Positions 47,696 to 57,837 of a stretch of DNA of 64,000 nucleotides are shown here, in pieces. The notes below the pieces were generated by a model. It ran no database searches. It was not told where the DNA came from and was given only the letters and a program-made list of their open reading frames with translations. The stretch lies in IMG/VR virus record IMGVR_UViG_3300032268_000986, positions 186,001-250,000 of that record; one strand, written 5' to 3'. Within the stretch, counting starts at the first letter, position 1. Every line of letters starts with the position of its first letter. The position numbers and the translations under genes are program-made.

Positions 47696-48852
47696 GATCT
47701 ACTGGGAAAATAATCTTGTTGTTGCCCTGGTCGGTTCAGGTCCAATGTCATGCAATGAACTCCCCCGTCCCAAAAATAAGAGTGCGGAATGTCTAGCACA
47801 TGCACAGCGATTCCGTGCTTCTCCAGTCTAGAAATTAGTTTGGTGTTTTGCACACTGGAGATGACATTTTTTTCATTGACCACTAGCATGTTCACATCAA
47901 ATATGCTTTCTCCTGATGATCCAATCCAGGAATTGAAACTAGCTTCCACAGTTGCTATCAGCTCTTGGTCTTGTTCATGTCCGGGAATCCACCAACGTGA
48001 TTTTGTTTTTTTAAAAAACTCTTTGTACTTGCTGTATTGAGCAGCCATTGCATTTGTGTTTTTGACATATATCACTTCCCAGTCTGGAAAATACGTGTCA
48101 TAGTCGATTACACAGTTGGGATCATCATGTGCCACAATCAGCCCCGGACACACAATACAAAATATGCCATCGGTGTGCCCAACCGAGTCAATTATGTGAT
48201 TGCGATAATTTGGAAATTCTGCATCGTACATGTTTTTTAATTGACCCATGTCCCGATCCTGGATTGATGTTCCAAAATACAAATCCTGTCCTGCCCTGGT
48301 TAGTGCGCCGCCATCAGACCGGTCCCAGTCAATTGTTTGATTTCCTTGCTGTTTGACAAATTGCAAGATATCACCGTGGGTGTCGTTGAAATGAGTGAAA
48401 AAACACATTTCTTGCGCCAGGCCAAATTGATCATATGCTTCAGTTATGTGCGATTCAGGGGCATGGGCTAAGAAATCATAAACGTTGTTGTACCTCTCCC
48501 AGGCCGGATCTGCTATGTTGTTGTAGTATTTTTTCCAGTATTGTGCGCTCCAGTCTTGATAATAAAATTTATCACCAATCATCATCATGTGATTACGCGG
48601 TTGTAGTGGTGGTACAAACACATTTTTTTCATGTGCAGGATACTGCAAATTCACGTTTGGCCTGAGTACTTGTACCCCAAGCTCGTGCAGTTTGTTTGCC
48701 AACAACTGTGAGCCATGTTCGGTCTCAATAGCCATTCTTTCAAACAAATCTCTCACACGGGGCACAGTGATCCAAGCATAGTATTCAGGAGGCAGTGTGC
48801 GGCCAACAATGCATGTTTTCAGTGGATCCCAGTCTTGATTCACACTAAGCAT
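47692..48852 (-). CDS. amidinotransferase-family protein
   Basis: WDPLKTCIVG, PRN, DGG, HTDG, WDGGVHCMT. Confidence 0.85.
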   Translation of the reverse strand: MLSVNQDWDPLKTCIVGRTLPPEYYAWITVPRVRDLFERMAIETEHGSQLLANKLHELGVQVLRPNVNLQYPAHEKNVFVPPLQPRNHMMMIGDKFYYQDWSAQYWKKYYNNIADPAWERYNNVYDFLAHAPESHITEAYDQFGLAQEMCFFTHFNDTHGDILQFVKQQGNQTIDWDRSDGGALTRAGQDLYFGTSIQDRDMGQLKNMYDAEFPNYRNHIIDSVGHTDGIFCIVCPGLIVAHDDPNCVIDYDTYFPDWEVIYVKNTNAMAAQYSKYKEFFKKTKSRWWIPGHEQDQELIATVEASFNSWIGSSGESIFDVNMLVVNEKNVISSVQNTKLISRLEKHGIAVHVLDIPHSYFWDGGVHCMTLDLNRPGQQQDYFPSRS

Positions 48853-49876
48853 GTTGTTGGTATCGTTGATAAACTTGTTCGCTGGCTAGATTCTTGCCCT
48901 TGGCCTCGCACTGGATATCAAAGTCTTCAGCAAACTCCAAGGCCCAATCTGTCACAGCGTCATTCCAGTAAAAGTCGCTGTGTGCTCGTAACTTTTGCTT
49001 CTTATAACCTGCATCAAGAAGGGCAGCAAGGTCTGGGAGAACTCGTTGATCATGATTGACCAAAATATCTTCGCGACTAACTGAGTAGTGAAGAGCAGGA
49101 CGAACACCACGCCAAGAGTCAATAACCCTTGCCACACGATGATCTTGAGGGGAGATGTATTCGCCGGAATTGATCCAATGATGGTGTATGTCCAGTACGA
49201 GAGCCACATGCTCAGCCACAAGTAAAGTAGTATCAAGTCCATTGCTTATTTCATCATTTTCAATAGTTATGAGGTTGCGAGCCTCGGGTGTTAATTTACC
49301 CAGTGTGCGCAAGAACTTGGCCGGGCCACCTTTGCCCGAAAGATGCACATTGATTTTAAAACCATGATCATGCCAGGTAGCGCCATAGCCCATCCAACGT
49401 GCCATGTCTGCATGATACTCAAATTCTGCAATGCTACGTTCTACAATTTCGTCACTTTCCGACGCCAGCACACAGAACTGCCCGGGATGGAACGATATGC
49501 GCACACCCAGGCGACGAGCAGTCTCGCCAACAGGTGCAAAGATCTGGGCACAGTGCTCTTGTATTTCTGTGCGTTGCCACCAGCTGATCCAGTCTTTCTC
49601 AGTGTAGCCCTGCAACATTTCTGAGCCCAATCGAACCATACGCCGTTCGGGCGGCAGTGTGCCCACACGCTCGATCATGCGAACGGCTGCGGCAGCATTG
49701 TGATTCATGATATCCCATTGGCGTTGTTCAGCTTCGCTTTTGTGCTCGCGAAGCCAGCGCATAGTGGTTGAACGCCCGTTAAGGTCCCGGTCCTTTGCAT
49801 TGACCTTCATGCCGCCGCATTCGGACGGGTCATTGAGCCATTTGCAACAGAAGCCAATTCGAGTATATGTATTCAT
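48845..49876 (-). CDS. uvsE: UV damage endonuclease UvsE/UVDE
   Basis: RIGFCC, SFHPGQF, NVH, IENDE, LDIHHH, AHSD, EAKGK; start MNTYTR. Confidence 0.9.
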   Translation of the reverse strand: MNTYTRIGFCCKWLNDPSECGGMKVNAKDRDLNGRSTTMRWLREHKSEAEQRQWDIMNHNAAAAVRMIERVGTLPPERRMVRLGSEMLQGYTEKDWISWWQRTEIQEHCAQIFAPVGETARRLGVRISFHPGQFCVLASESDEIVERSIAEFEYHADMARWMGYGATWHDHGFKINVHLSGKGGPAKFLRTLGKLTPEARNLITIENDEISNGLDTTLLVAEHVALVLDIHHHWINSGEYISPQDHRVARVIDSWRGVRPALHYSVSREDILVNHDQRVLPDLAALLDAGYKKQKLRAHSDFYWNDAVTDWALEFAEDFDIQCEAKGKNLASEQVYQRYQQHA

Positions 49877-49947
49877 GCTGTATTGTAGCACAGATTTGCA
49901 ATTATTGTCAAGCCTTGACATAAATACTTCATTATAGGACCCCAAGC

Positions 49948-50361
49948 ATGTACGTTACTATCAACACCTACAACAACGAAATTGACACTCCAATTTTGGC
50001 CAATGACATTGAAACTACATACCTACAAATTTTTGAAAAAAGATTTGAACTTGGTCTAGTAGACGGCCAAGGTTTTACTTTCATGCAAAAGGATACCGTT
50101 GATGATAGTTGGTATTCCCGTGCGGCATGGGCTGCTAGTATAACATCTAACGAAGCAATACATGGCAAGAGTCAGATCGGTGACACGGCAAAAGAGTTTG
50201 CGGAATCAAGAGTTTATTACTCACAGCGCCGTGCATGGAATACCCAGGAATCAGCTCAAGCCTATGTGGATTTTATCAATCAATTAAACTCGCCTGCTTG
50301 GTCCGCCACGTACGAAGGATTTGACGAGTCAATTCAGAATGATGGGTCAAGTCTGCTTTAA
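49948..50361 (+). CDS. hypothetical protein
   Basis: 137 aa; TAAATA and AGGA upstream. Confidence 0.6.
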   Translation: MYVTINTYNNEIDTPILANDIETTYLQIFEKRFELGLVDGQGFTFMQKDTVDDSWYSRAAWAASITSNEAIHGKSQIGDTAKEFAESRVYYSQRRAWNTQESAQAYVDFINQLNSPAWSATYEGFDESIQNDGSSLL

Positions 50362-51278
50362 TTGCTTCTGACCAAGTCCAAGGTAACACAATGAAATCCT
50401 CCGCCCAGTGTTCTGCTGTGGCGGAGTTCCAATGGGACGGTGGTGAAATTCCATTGCTCCAGTTTACGAATCAGTTCGGCTTGATGTTTGTCCACAATCA
50501 CAGTGTGCGGGTCAACCACTAACATGTTCATGGCAATCCATTTGGAAGCATAGGGATACTGATAAAAGCCCTGAGCCACAACTTCATCAACATAGATCTT
50601 GTCCCAGGTTTTGAACACCTGGGGACAGTTGTTTTCATTCACACGGGCAGCATTCAACATCACCAGCCCCTCTCGCAAGGGCACCACAGTTGAGTCAATG
50701 TGTACTCCAGCATAGAAATTGCATAACTCAATTTCAACACTGGGAAATACTTTGCACAACCAGTTGTAGGCTGCTCGATTTCCGCTGTCTGATTCCAAAA
50801 ACAGCATTTTGTCACCCAAGCGACAAACATTGGCAGCATCCAGAGTCAATCCTTCGTTGCGAGGCATAAAATGGTAATGCTCAGCCTGATCCACAATGTC
50901 ATGATAGCATTGCAGTTCCATGTCTCTGCAGGGATACATCATGGCAGGATCCACAACAGTGCTGCCATGAATCAGCAGTCGATCTCGTGGACAATAATTG
51001 TACATGCCATCATGAGTTTGGAAATTCATGGGAGTTGGACGTTCTACCTTGACACCCAGGCTCATCAGGGTCGTTGCCAGACCATCCAAATCTTCATTGG
51101 CTTCGTCAATGATCCACTGTGGCACTGCACCCGACGGCACCGGTGTTTCTTTCCACGAAGTTTTTTTACTTTCCTGAGCAAACACTGGGTCATGCCGGGG
51201 CCAGTTGGCCCAACTGGCATCGCCGACTACAATCTTTTTTAGAGGATCCCACTCGTTAAATGTTGAAATCATATCCAT
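50358..51278 (-). CDS. amidinotransferase (StrB1/AGAT-like)
   Basis: NEWDPLKKIVVG, CPRD, DAAN, HIDST, LGGGFHCVTLD. Confidence 0.9.
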   Translation of the reverse strand: MDMISTFNEWDPLKKIVVGDASWANWPRHDPVFAQESKKTSWKETPVPSGAVPQWIIDEANEDLDGLATTLMSLGVKVERPTPMNFQTHDGMYNYCPRDRLLIHGSTVVDPAMMYPCRDMELQCYHDIVDQAEHYHFMPRNEGLTLDAANVCRLGDKMLFLESDSGNRAAYNWLCKVFPSVEIELCNFYAGVHIDSTVVPLREGLVMLNAARVNENNCPQVFKTWDKIYVDEVVAQGFYQYPYASKWIAMNMLVVDPHTVIVDKHQAELIRKLEQWNFTTVPLELRHSRTLGGGFHCVTLDLVRSN

Positions 51279-51787
51279 CCTGTTATTTGCAGTGTGTATC
51301 TTGGGTCAATGCCCATGTTGGCCGCCAGATGCGGTGTATCGTATGTCCACTCTACCACATCGCCTGCTTGCCACTCAGTCACAGGCACGCCATTGCCTTC
51401 AAAGTAGTGTCCGGACCGCCAGTCCTCCAAGAACACAATGGCTCTGTGAATACGATGTTGTTGTCCCTGTAGCTTGAACAAATCAATATACTTCACATAT
51501 AGATCCCCATGAGTGGGGAGAATTGTACCTGTGCCCATTCTGTAGTAACTGGTACCAATGTCTTTCCACCCTTTTTCCCGGTACAGTTCAACAAACTGAT
51601 GATTCCAACTGGGCTGGGGACTGCGCATGTCGCACATGTCACCAGTGAATTGATTGGCATAACCCAGTGCCAACCAAGCCTGCAGGTTGTCCACATCGTT
51701 GAATGTTTCGTTGATGTAGTTGAGACCTTTGAACTCGTCGTCCCAGAACTTGGTGATATGGTACTTAGACAGCTCGTGTGTTGCCAT
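51269..51787 (-). CDS. Fe(II)/2-oxoglutarate oxygenase-like protein
   Basis: LPTHGD (HxD) ... PHLAAN.G..PRYTLQ; start uncertain (51787 or 51799). Confidence 0.75.
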   Translation of the reverse strand: MATHELSKYHITKFWDDEFKGLNYINETFNDVDNLQAWLALGYANQFTGDMCDMRSPQPSWNHQFVELYREKGWKDIGTSYYRMGTGTILPTHGDLYVKYIDLFKLQGQQHRIHRAIVFLEDWRSGHYFEGNGVPVTEWQAGDVVEWTYDTPHLAANMGIDPRYTLQITGWI

Positions 51788-53003
51788 AGTGTATGACATT
51801 GACTGTGTTGGTTGATTCTAGTTTGCGCCATGGGTCAACAATTATGCTGCCCGGCAAAATGTCACAATATGGTTTTGTGTCTGCTTGCTCGCCGGTGTAT
51901 TCGTATGTGATTTTACGATTGTGTGCCCATAATATAACACTGGGCCCAGTCAGTTCTGAAATGACTTCTGTTGCATCATCTGCCAGGGGATCTATGTATC
52001 TGACATTGAATCCCAGTTGTTTGACATAGTGCCCAACCAGGGTTGAGTATGATCCAATACAATATTCAACGTCTGGTTTGTATGCTTTGCCGTGTATCAC
52101 AACAGGCAAATTATATTTCTTGGCTTGTTCAACCAAGAACTTGGCAAGGTTTTCTGCCTGTACTTCTCTAGCATGCATCACAGTGTCAAACAGATCGTAG
52201 CCAATGTTGTATTCCTGTGCCAACCAGCGCAGTGCAATATTGTCACGTGGATGGCAAGCACCCGCATCGCCCATGCCAGCTGTCATGTACTTGGGCCCCA
52301 TGATGCGCATGGTGCTTCGAGCCAAGGCATTTGTGACCACGTCAACGTTGATGTTGCCAATTTTTAATGCAAAGTCCTGGATCATGTTCACAAGACCCAC
52401 CTTGGCTGAAATAAATGTGTTGTAGAAGATCTTGATGGCTTCGCACTCGTCCCAGGTGCCAACTTCGTAACGAGGATCATTTTCCATCACTGTTTTGTAC
52501 AGTTCGATCAGCTCACCTGCGATGCCTGTCAAACTGCCGTCCTCGGTACCAATCATGACCATTTCAGGATTGACCATGTCCCATTTTACCGACCCCATGG
52601 CAATGAGATATGGGTTGTAAACAAATTCATGTTGTGGATCCAGCAGGGGCACAAACTTGCGGCGTGTGGTACCCGGCAACACTGTGCTGATCAACACAAC
52701 TTTTTTGGGCGATGTTGCATACCGGTTGATGTTGTTGATGGCATCAATCACAGCGTCATGGCCGAAGTCTCGGGGTTCCATGTGGCTTGACGGCACTGAT
52801 CCATCATAGCCCTCGGTGTGCGGTGTTGGCACAGCCACAAAGATCCAGTCACTGCTGTTGACCAATTCTTCAATGCCGCATACTTTGACCAGGTCACTGG
52901 TGCGTGGGTAAATATCGTAACCCCAAACTTTGTGCTTTTCTGCCATTACTTCAGCACAATCAAGGCCAAGTTTTCCAATACCAATGAATCCAATTTTTTT
53001 CAT
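51765..53003 (-). CDS. UDP-glucose/GDP-mannose 6-dehydrogenase family
   Basis: GIGKLG, VAVPTP, STVLPGTT, E.IK...N, GACHPRD, AYKP. Confidence 0.9.
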   Translation of the reverse strand: MKKIGFIGIGKLGLDCAEVMAEKHKVWGYDIYPRTSDLVKVCGIEELVNSSDWIFVAVPTPHTEGYDGSVPSSHMEPRDFGHDAVIDAINNINRYATSPKKVVLISTVLPGTTRRKFVPLLDPQHEFVYNPYLIAMGSVKWDMVNPEMVMIGTEDGSLTGIAGELIELYKTVMENDPRYEVGTWDECEAIKIFYNTFISAKVGLVNMIQDFALKIGNINVDVVTNALARSTMRIMGPKYMTAGMGDAGACHPRDNIALRWLAQEYNIGYDLFDTVMHAREVQAENLAKFLVEQAKKYNLPVVIHGKAYKPDVEYCIGSYSTLVGHYVKQLGFNVRYIDPLADDATEVISELTGPSVILWAHNRKITYEYTGEQADTKPYCDILPGSIIVDPWRKLESTNTVNVIHYGNTRAV

Positions 53004-53006
53004 ACT

Positions 53007-54287
53007 ATGAGTGTTCCTTTAGATAGATTATACAATTTCTTGCATGCGGTCAGCGACCAGGATATAATAATTTATCGCTGGCATGTGCCCGGCTCAAGAA
53101 AACTTGAACACTGTACACCCCTGTGCCCATTGCCCCAGGATCGTGTGAAAAAATTCAGTACCATGCACATGGTCTGTCATGACCAAGAACCCTTGTTTTT
53201 TGATCAGTGGGAACCAGCAAAATTACAACCATTGTTCCTGGGGCCTGAGCATAAATCTGGGCCTCGTGACATACCCAACACACCGTACTCGGTACTGATG
53301 AATGCGGTTTCCGGAGAGTTCTTCTTACACGATCGTGTGCTGTTGTTACACAGTGAGCAGCGCAGCCAAGATCTCGACCAATTTGAAGCCGATGGCGCAG
53401 TGGGATGCTACTGGTGGAGTCATGCTGTGATTGCAAGAGACTGGTATCGATATGCCGAACTGGATCCAAAATTGCAAGTTGAAAAACAAGCCAAAAAAGA
53501 TTTCTTAATCTATAACCGTGCATGGGCAGGCACCCGAGAATACCGACTCAAATTTGCCGAGATGTTGATCAACCATGGTCTTTCCAGTCATTGCCAAATG
53601 GGGTTTGCTGCAACTGACGCCGGAGTTGATTATCGCGATCATCAATATCACAACACAGTATTTGGCATCAATCGCAGTGATCTTGAACAGCATTTTGTTG
53701 CCAATCATTCTCCACCTGAATCTTCAGCAGACTATGTGTCACAAGACTATGTGTCAACTGGCATAGAAGTTGTGCTAGAAACACTATTCGATGACTCACG
53801 TTGGCACTTGACTGAAAAAAGTCTGCGCCCCATAGCCTGCGGGCACCCGTTTATATTGGCAGCAACTCCAGGCAGCTTGGAATATCTGCGCAGTTACGGG
53901 TTCCAAACCTTTGAAGGCATAATTGACGAAAGTTATGACCAAGAATCTGATCCAGTAAAACGCCTGGAAAAAATCACCAAACTCATGCAAGACATTGCTG
54001 GATTACCCACACACGAAAAACATCTTTTGTGGGCACACATGCAAGTACGGGCAGATCATAATCGGCGTAGATTTTTCAGCCAGGAATTTCATGATCAAGT
54101 AATTGGCGAATTTTGTCAGAATCTCAATACAGCCGTGACGACCATGCAACAGTACGCCACGGCTGCACAGTGGCGCAGTTACATGCGTGAATTTGGGCCT
54201 GACATCATGTGTGCGCCCGAGGCAGACACTAGACAAGATGTGGTTGGTAAATGGCTAAGAATTTGGGCAGCACAGCAAGATAAGTAA
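53007..54287 (+). CDS. glycosyltransferase-like protein (GT10-like C-terminus)
   Basis: VVLET....HLTEK.LRPI..GHPF....GSL.YLR.YGF.TF...DESYD; start MSVPLD. Confidence 0.55.
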   Translation: MSVPLDRLYNFLHAVSDQDIIIYRWHVPGSRKLEHCTPLCPLPQDRVKKFSTMHMVCHDQEPLFFDQWEPAKLQPLFLGPEHKSGPRDIPNTPYSVLMNAVSGEFFLHDRVLLLHSEQRSQDLDQFEADGAVGCYWWSHAVIARDWYRYAELDPKLQVEKQAKKDFLIYNRAWAGTREYRLKFAEMLINHGLSSHCQMGFAATDAGVDYRDHQYHNTVFGINRSDLEQHFVANHSPPESSADYVSQDYVSTGIEVVLETLFDDSRWHLTEKSLRPIACGHPFILAATPGSLEYLRSYGFQTFEGIIDESYDQESDPVKRLEKITKLMQDIAGLPTHEKHLLWAHMQVRADHNRRRFFSQEFHDQVIGEFCQNLNTAVTTMQQYATAAQWRSYMREFGPDIMCAPEADTRQDVVGKWLRIWAAQQDK

Positions 54288-54290
54288 TAC

Positions 54291-55055
54291 ATGCAAGCCA
54301 AAACTTATAGATCTATCTTTGTCAGCGATGTACACCTGGGCACACGAGACTGCAAGGCCGAGCAGTTGAACAATTTTCTCAAACACAACACTTGTTTTAC
54401 ACTGTATCTAGTGGGTGACATAATTGATGCTTGGAAAATACAACAAAATCAACTGCGCTGGAAACAGAGCCACACCAATGTGGTACGAAGAGTGCTGGGT
54501 CATGCCAAGCGAGGAACTCGAGTGGTCTACGTGGCCGGCAATCATGATGAATTTTTGCGTCCCATGATTCCATATGCTGCCAGCTTTGGCAGCATAGAGA
54601 TATGCAATCAAACCGAACACATAGGTGCTGATGGCAAGCACTACTTGGTCACACACGGTGACATGTTTGATGGTATCACCAGACTGGCGCCATGGCTGGC
54701 ATTTCTAGGTGACAAAGCATATGATTTTATTCTTTCCATGAACAGCAGATTCAATTGGATAAGACATCGACTGGGATTTGGCTACTGGAGCCTGAGCAAG
54801 TTTCTCAAATACCGTGTGAAAAAAGCAGTTGATTTTGTATTCAAGTTTGAAGAAAATCTAGCAGGCTATTGTAAAAAACGTGGGTTTGACGGAGTGATCT
54901 GTGGACACATACATCATGCAGAAATAAAAGAGATCAACGGTGTCATGTACATGAATGACGGCGACTGGGTAGAGTCAATGACTGCCTTGGTCGAACATCA
55001 TGACGGGCAGTGGGAAATCGTTACCTGGACCACAGCACATGATAACAAAACCTAG
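54291..55055 (+). CDS. LpxH2/PlcP-like metallophosphoesterase (phospholipase C)
   Basis: SDVHLG, LYLVGDIID.W, GNHDE, HGD.FD, GVICGHIH, Y.NDGDWVES. Confidence 0.85.
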   Translation: MQAKTYRSIFVSDVHLGTRDCKAEQLNNFLKHNTCFTLYLVGDIIDAWKIQQNQLRWKQSHTNVVRRVLGHAKRGTRVVYVAGNHDEFLRPMIPYAASFGSIEICNQTEHIGADGKHYLVTHGDMFDGITRLAPWLAFLGDKAYDFILSMNSRFNWIRHRLGFGYWSLSKFLKYRVKKAVDFVFKFEENLAGYCKKRGFDGVICGHIHHAEIKEINGVMYMNDGDWVESMTALVEHHDGQWEIVTWTTAHDNKT

Positions 55056-55686
55056 GATAGCAATATTTTTAAATCATCCTGAATGTTCGGCGCACTGTTG
55101 TGTTGGCATGTATGAAGCCTTGCATCCACACTATCAAGTTAGATTCTTCAACCGAGATCAAATCAATTCTAGATTGTTTAAAAATCTAGACATCATTGCA
55201 TTTCCCGGGGGCATTGGTGACAGTGACACCTTTGACAAATTGGTAAAACCACGAGCCGGCTACATCAAGGACTACATCAACAATGGCGGACGTTATCTGG
55301 GAATATGCATGGGTGCATACTGGGCCGGGCATCACTACTTGAACCTGCTACATGATGCAACCGCAGAACAATATATAAAAAGACCCAATGCTGATGTGCG
55401 CCGCAGTTTTGGAACAGTTTCCAAGATAACCTGGAAAGAGCAACAAGAACACATGTACTTTTATGATGGATGCAGTTTGATTGGCGACGAAAGTCAATTT
55501 GACATCATTGCCAGGTATCCAAATCATGACCCCATGGCCATTGTTCAGAATCGCATAGGTGTGGTTGGCTGTCATCCCGAGTCCTTGCCCAGCTGGTATG
55601 ACAAGCCACACCTAAAGCCAAATTGGCATAACTATCGACATCATGAATTGTTGTTGAACTTTACTAATGAACTGCTAGCAAGATGA
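55039..55686 (+). CDS. BPL_N/class I GATase-like protein
   Basis: FPGG.G, YLGICMGAY nucleophile elbow, HPE. Confidence 0.75.
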   Translation: MITKPRIAIFLNHPECSAHCCVGMYEALHPHYQVRFFNRDQINSRLFKNLDIIAFPGGIGDSDTFDKLVKPRAGYIKDYINNGGRYLGICMGAYWAGHHYLNLLHDATAEQYIKRPNADVRRSFGTVSKITWKEQQEHMYFYDGCSLIGDESQFDIIARYPNHDPMAIVQNRIGVVGCHPESLPSWYDKPHLKPNWHNYRHHELLLNFTNELLAR

Positions 55687-56678
55687 AAACTGTTTTAATC
55701 ATAACAGATAACTTACCGGATCAAATAAATGGCGTTGTCACAACATACAAGAATATCGAGGCGTGTGCGGTTCTGGACGGTTATCGCGTTGTTTACCTTA
55801 CTCCCGGGGACTTCGGCTACATTGATTGCCCTATGTACCACGAAGTCAAGATTGCCTATCCCCGGAACCTGGGCAAGAAGATTGCGGAGATCAGTGCGGA
55901 TTATATCCATGTCGCCACAGAGGGTCCTTTGGGTTTGTGGGCTAGAAAGTATCTTTCAAAACATCGTATTAGGCACAATACTGCTTATCATACTAAGTTT
56001 CCTGAAGGACTCAAAACTCTTTTAGGCATCCCTGAACACATCACATGGCGCTATGTGCGTTGGTTTCACAAGCATTCGGGCAAGGTGCTGACCACGACAG
56101 ATACCATGGTACAAGATCTCAGATCTCATGGGTTTGATGGTGAAGTTATTCCCTGGACTCGCGGTGTTGACCGCAAGGTATTCAATGCTCGTCAACGGCA
56201 CGAATACAGCGACATGACCACCTTGGTATGTGTGAGCCGAGTGAGCAAAGAAAAAAATCTTGAAGACTTTTTTGAGCTAGAATATCCCAACTGTCGCAAG
56301 ATCATGGTGGGCGACGGACCCATGTTGGAAACTTATAAAAAACAATATCCCGATGTTGAGTTTGTGGGATTCAAGACTGGAATAGATTTGGCCATATACT
56401 ATGCCAATGCTGATGTATTTGTTTTTCCCAGTCGCTGGGAAACATTTGGATTGGTCATGATCGAAGCCATGGCCTGCGGCACTCCAGTGGCTGCATATCC
56501 AGTGACTGGTCCCTTGGATGTGGTTGAGCCCGGAGTCACTGGGTTCATGGATCAGCACCTGGCATCAGCAGTGCATCGATGCATGGGGCTTGATCGATCC
56601 AGGGTATTGCAAGGCAGCCAACGCTGGTCATGGGATCGTGCCTGGGAGATTTTTAGAGATAACCTAGTCAGCCCTTGA
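55683..56678 (+). CDS. GT4 glycosyltransferase (Agt-like glycolipid synthase)
   Basis: TD...QINGVV, IHVATEGPLG..AR, YHTKFPE, RGVD, RVSKEKN, ETFGLVMIEAMACG. Confidence 0.85.
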   Translation: MKTVLIITDNLPDQINGVVTTYKNIEACAVLDGYRVVYLTPGDFGYIDCPMYHEVKIAYPRNLGKKIAEISADYIHVATEGPLGLWARKYLSKHRIRHNTAYHTKFPEGLKTLLGIPEHITWRYVRWFHKHSGKVLTTTDTMVQDLRSHGFDGEVIPWTRGVDRKVFNARQRHEYSDMTTLVCVSRVSKEKNLEDFFELEYPNCRKIMVGDGPMLETYKKQYPDVEFVGFKTGIDLAIYYANADVFVFPSRWETFGLVMIEAMACGTPVAAYPVTGPLDVVEPGVTGFMDQHLASAVHRCMGLDRSRVLQGSQRWSWDRAWEIFRDNLVSP

Positions 56679-57021
56679 CAATCACGCCAGTCCAGTCCGG
56701 TTCAGGTTCATGCTCTTTGAACTGTTGCACACGTTGCAACATGCTGGAATAAAATGTATCCAGCTCACCATTCCAGCGTCCCATTAATCCTTCAATGGCA
56801 TGTTCGCAATAGGTCCAATGGCGTTGTTTGAAATACTGTATGAGATCTTGGTGTATTTTCTGGTATGCTTCCAAGGTATCAAATTCGTTCAATGGAACTT
56901 TTTCAACCACACAGTATGCAGTCTTGGGCTGATCATCCCCGGGCACAACAAATGTGTCCAGTTCCAACACAGTAAAACTGTCGGGTAGTTCTTTTAAAGA
57001 GTCTCCAAAAATAATGTGCAT
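56668..57021 (-). CDS. hypothetical protein
   Basis: TVLELDT ... W.G.....; start MHIIFG. Confidence 0.65.
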   Translation of the reverse strand: MHIIFGDSLKELPDSFTVLELDTFVVPGDDQPKTAYCVVEKVPLNEFDTLEAYQKIHQDLIQYFKQRHWTYCEHAIEGLMGRWNGELDTFYSSMLQRVQQFKEHEPEPDWTGVIVKG

Positions 57022-57045
57022 ACAATTTCCTTTTAAATATGTATC

Positions 57046-57837
57046 ATGCAACTAGCGTTTGATTTAATTTCTGACTTACACATTGACACATGGCCCACAG
57101 AGTTTTCCTGGTCTGAGCAGGCCACCAGTCCTATCTGTGTGGTGGCTGGTGATGTTTGTACTGATCGTGCCCAACTGGTAACGGTACTCAAGCATCTGGG
57201 ACAGTGTTATCAAGCAGTGTTCTATATTGATGGCAACAGCGAGCATCGTGATTATCTTGACAACCTAGGTGCCAGTTATAATGACCTTGCCCGGCAAATT
57301 CGACGTATCCCAAATGTGGTTTACCTGCAGGACAATGTGATTGTGATTGATGGCGTTGCAATTTTAGGCACCAATGGTTGGTGGGGATTTGACTTTGACT
57401 TGTCCATAGACCCTGAGCAATCTGAACTCTGGTACCGAGAGCGTCACCAGTTGAACCCTGCTGATACTCTTGCCATACGAAAAATGAGCAATACCGATGC
57501 CACGTACATGATCAACAGTGTCAGCAGATTGCAAACACACGCCGATGTCAAACACATTGTCATGGTCACTCACACTGTGCCTGATCCTGCATTGATAGCA
57601 CACGACATTGATCTTGACGGTAGCATGAGATTCAATGTCATGGGCAATCGGTTCATGATGCAGGCGCTGGCCGCTGACACTGAGAAAAAAATACACACCT
57701 GGTGCTTTGGACACTATCATGGATCAGTGGATCAGACCCGGGCCAATGTTAGATTTGTCAACAACTGTCGGGGTCGAGGTGACACAGACTATTCTCAATA
57801 TGTGTACCACCCTCGACGCATTGTGATCAACTATTAA
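57046..57837 (+). CDS. metallophosphoesterase
   Basis: SDLH, AGD, GNSE (His replaced), THTVP, FGHYH. Confidence 0.8.
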   Translation: MQLAFDLISDLHIDTWPTEFSWSEQATSPICVVAGDVCTDRAQLVTVLKHLGQCYQAVFYIDGNSEHRDYLDNLGASYNDLARQIRRIPNVVYLQDNVIVIDGVAILGTNGWWGFDFDLSIDPEQSELWYRERHQLNPADTLAIRKMSNTDATYMINSVSRLQTHADVKHIVMVTHTVPDPALIAHDIDLDGSMRFNVMGNRFMMQALAADTEKKIHTWCFGHYHGSVDQTRANVRFVNNCRGRGDTDYSQYVYHPRRIVINY

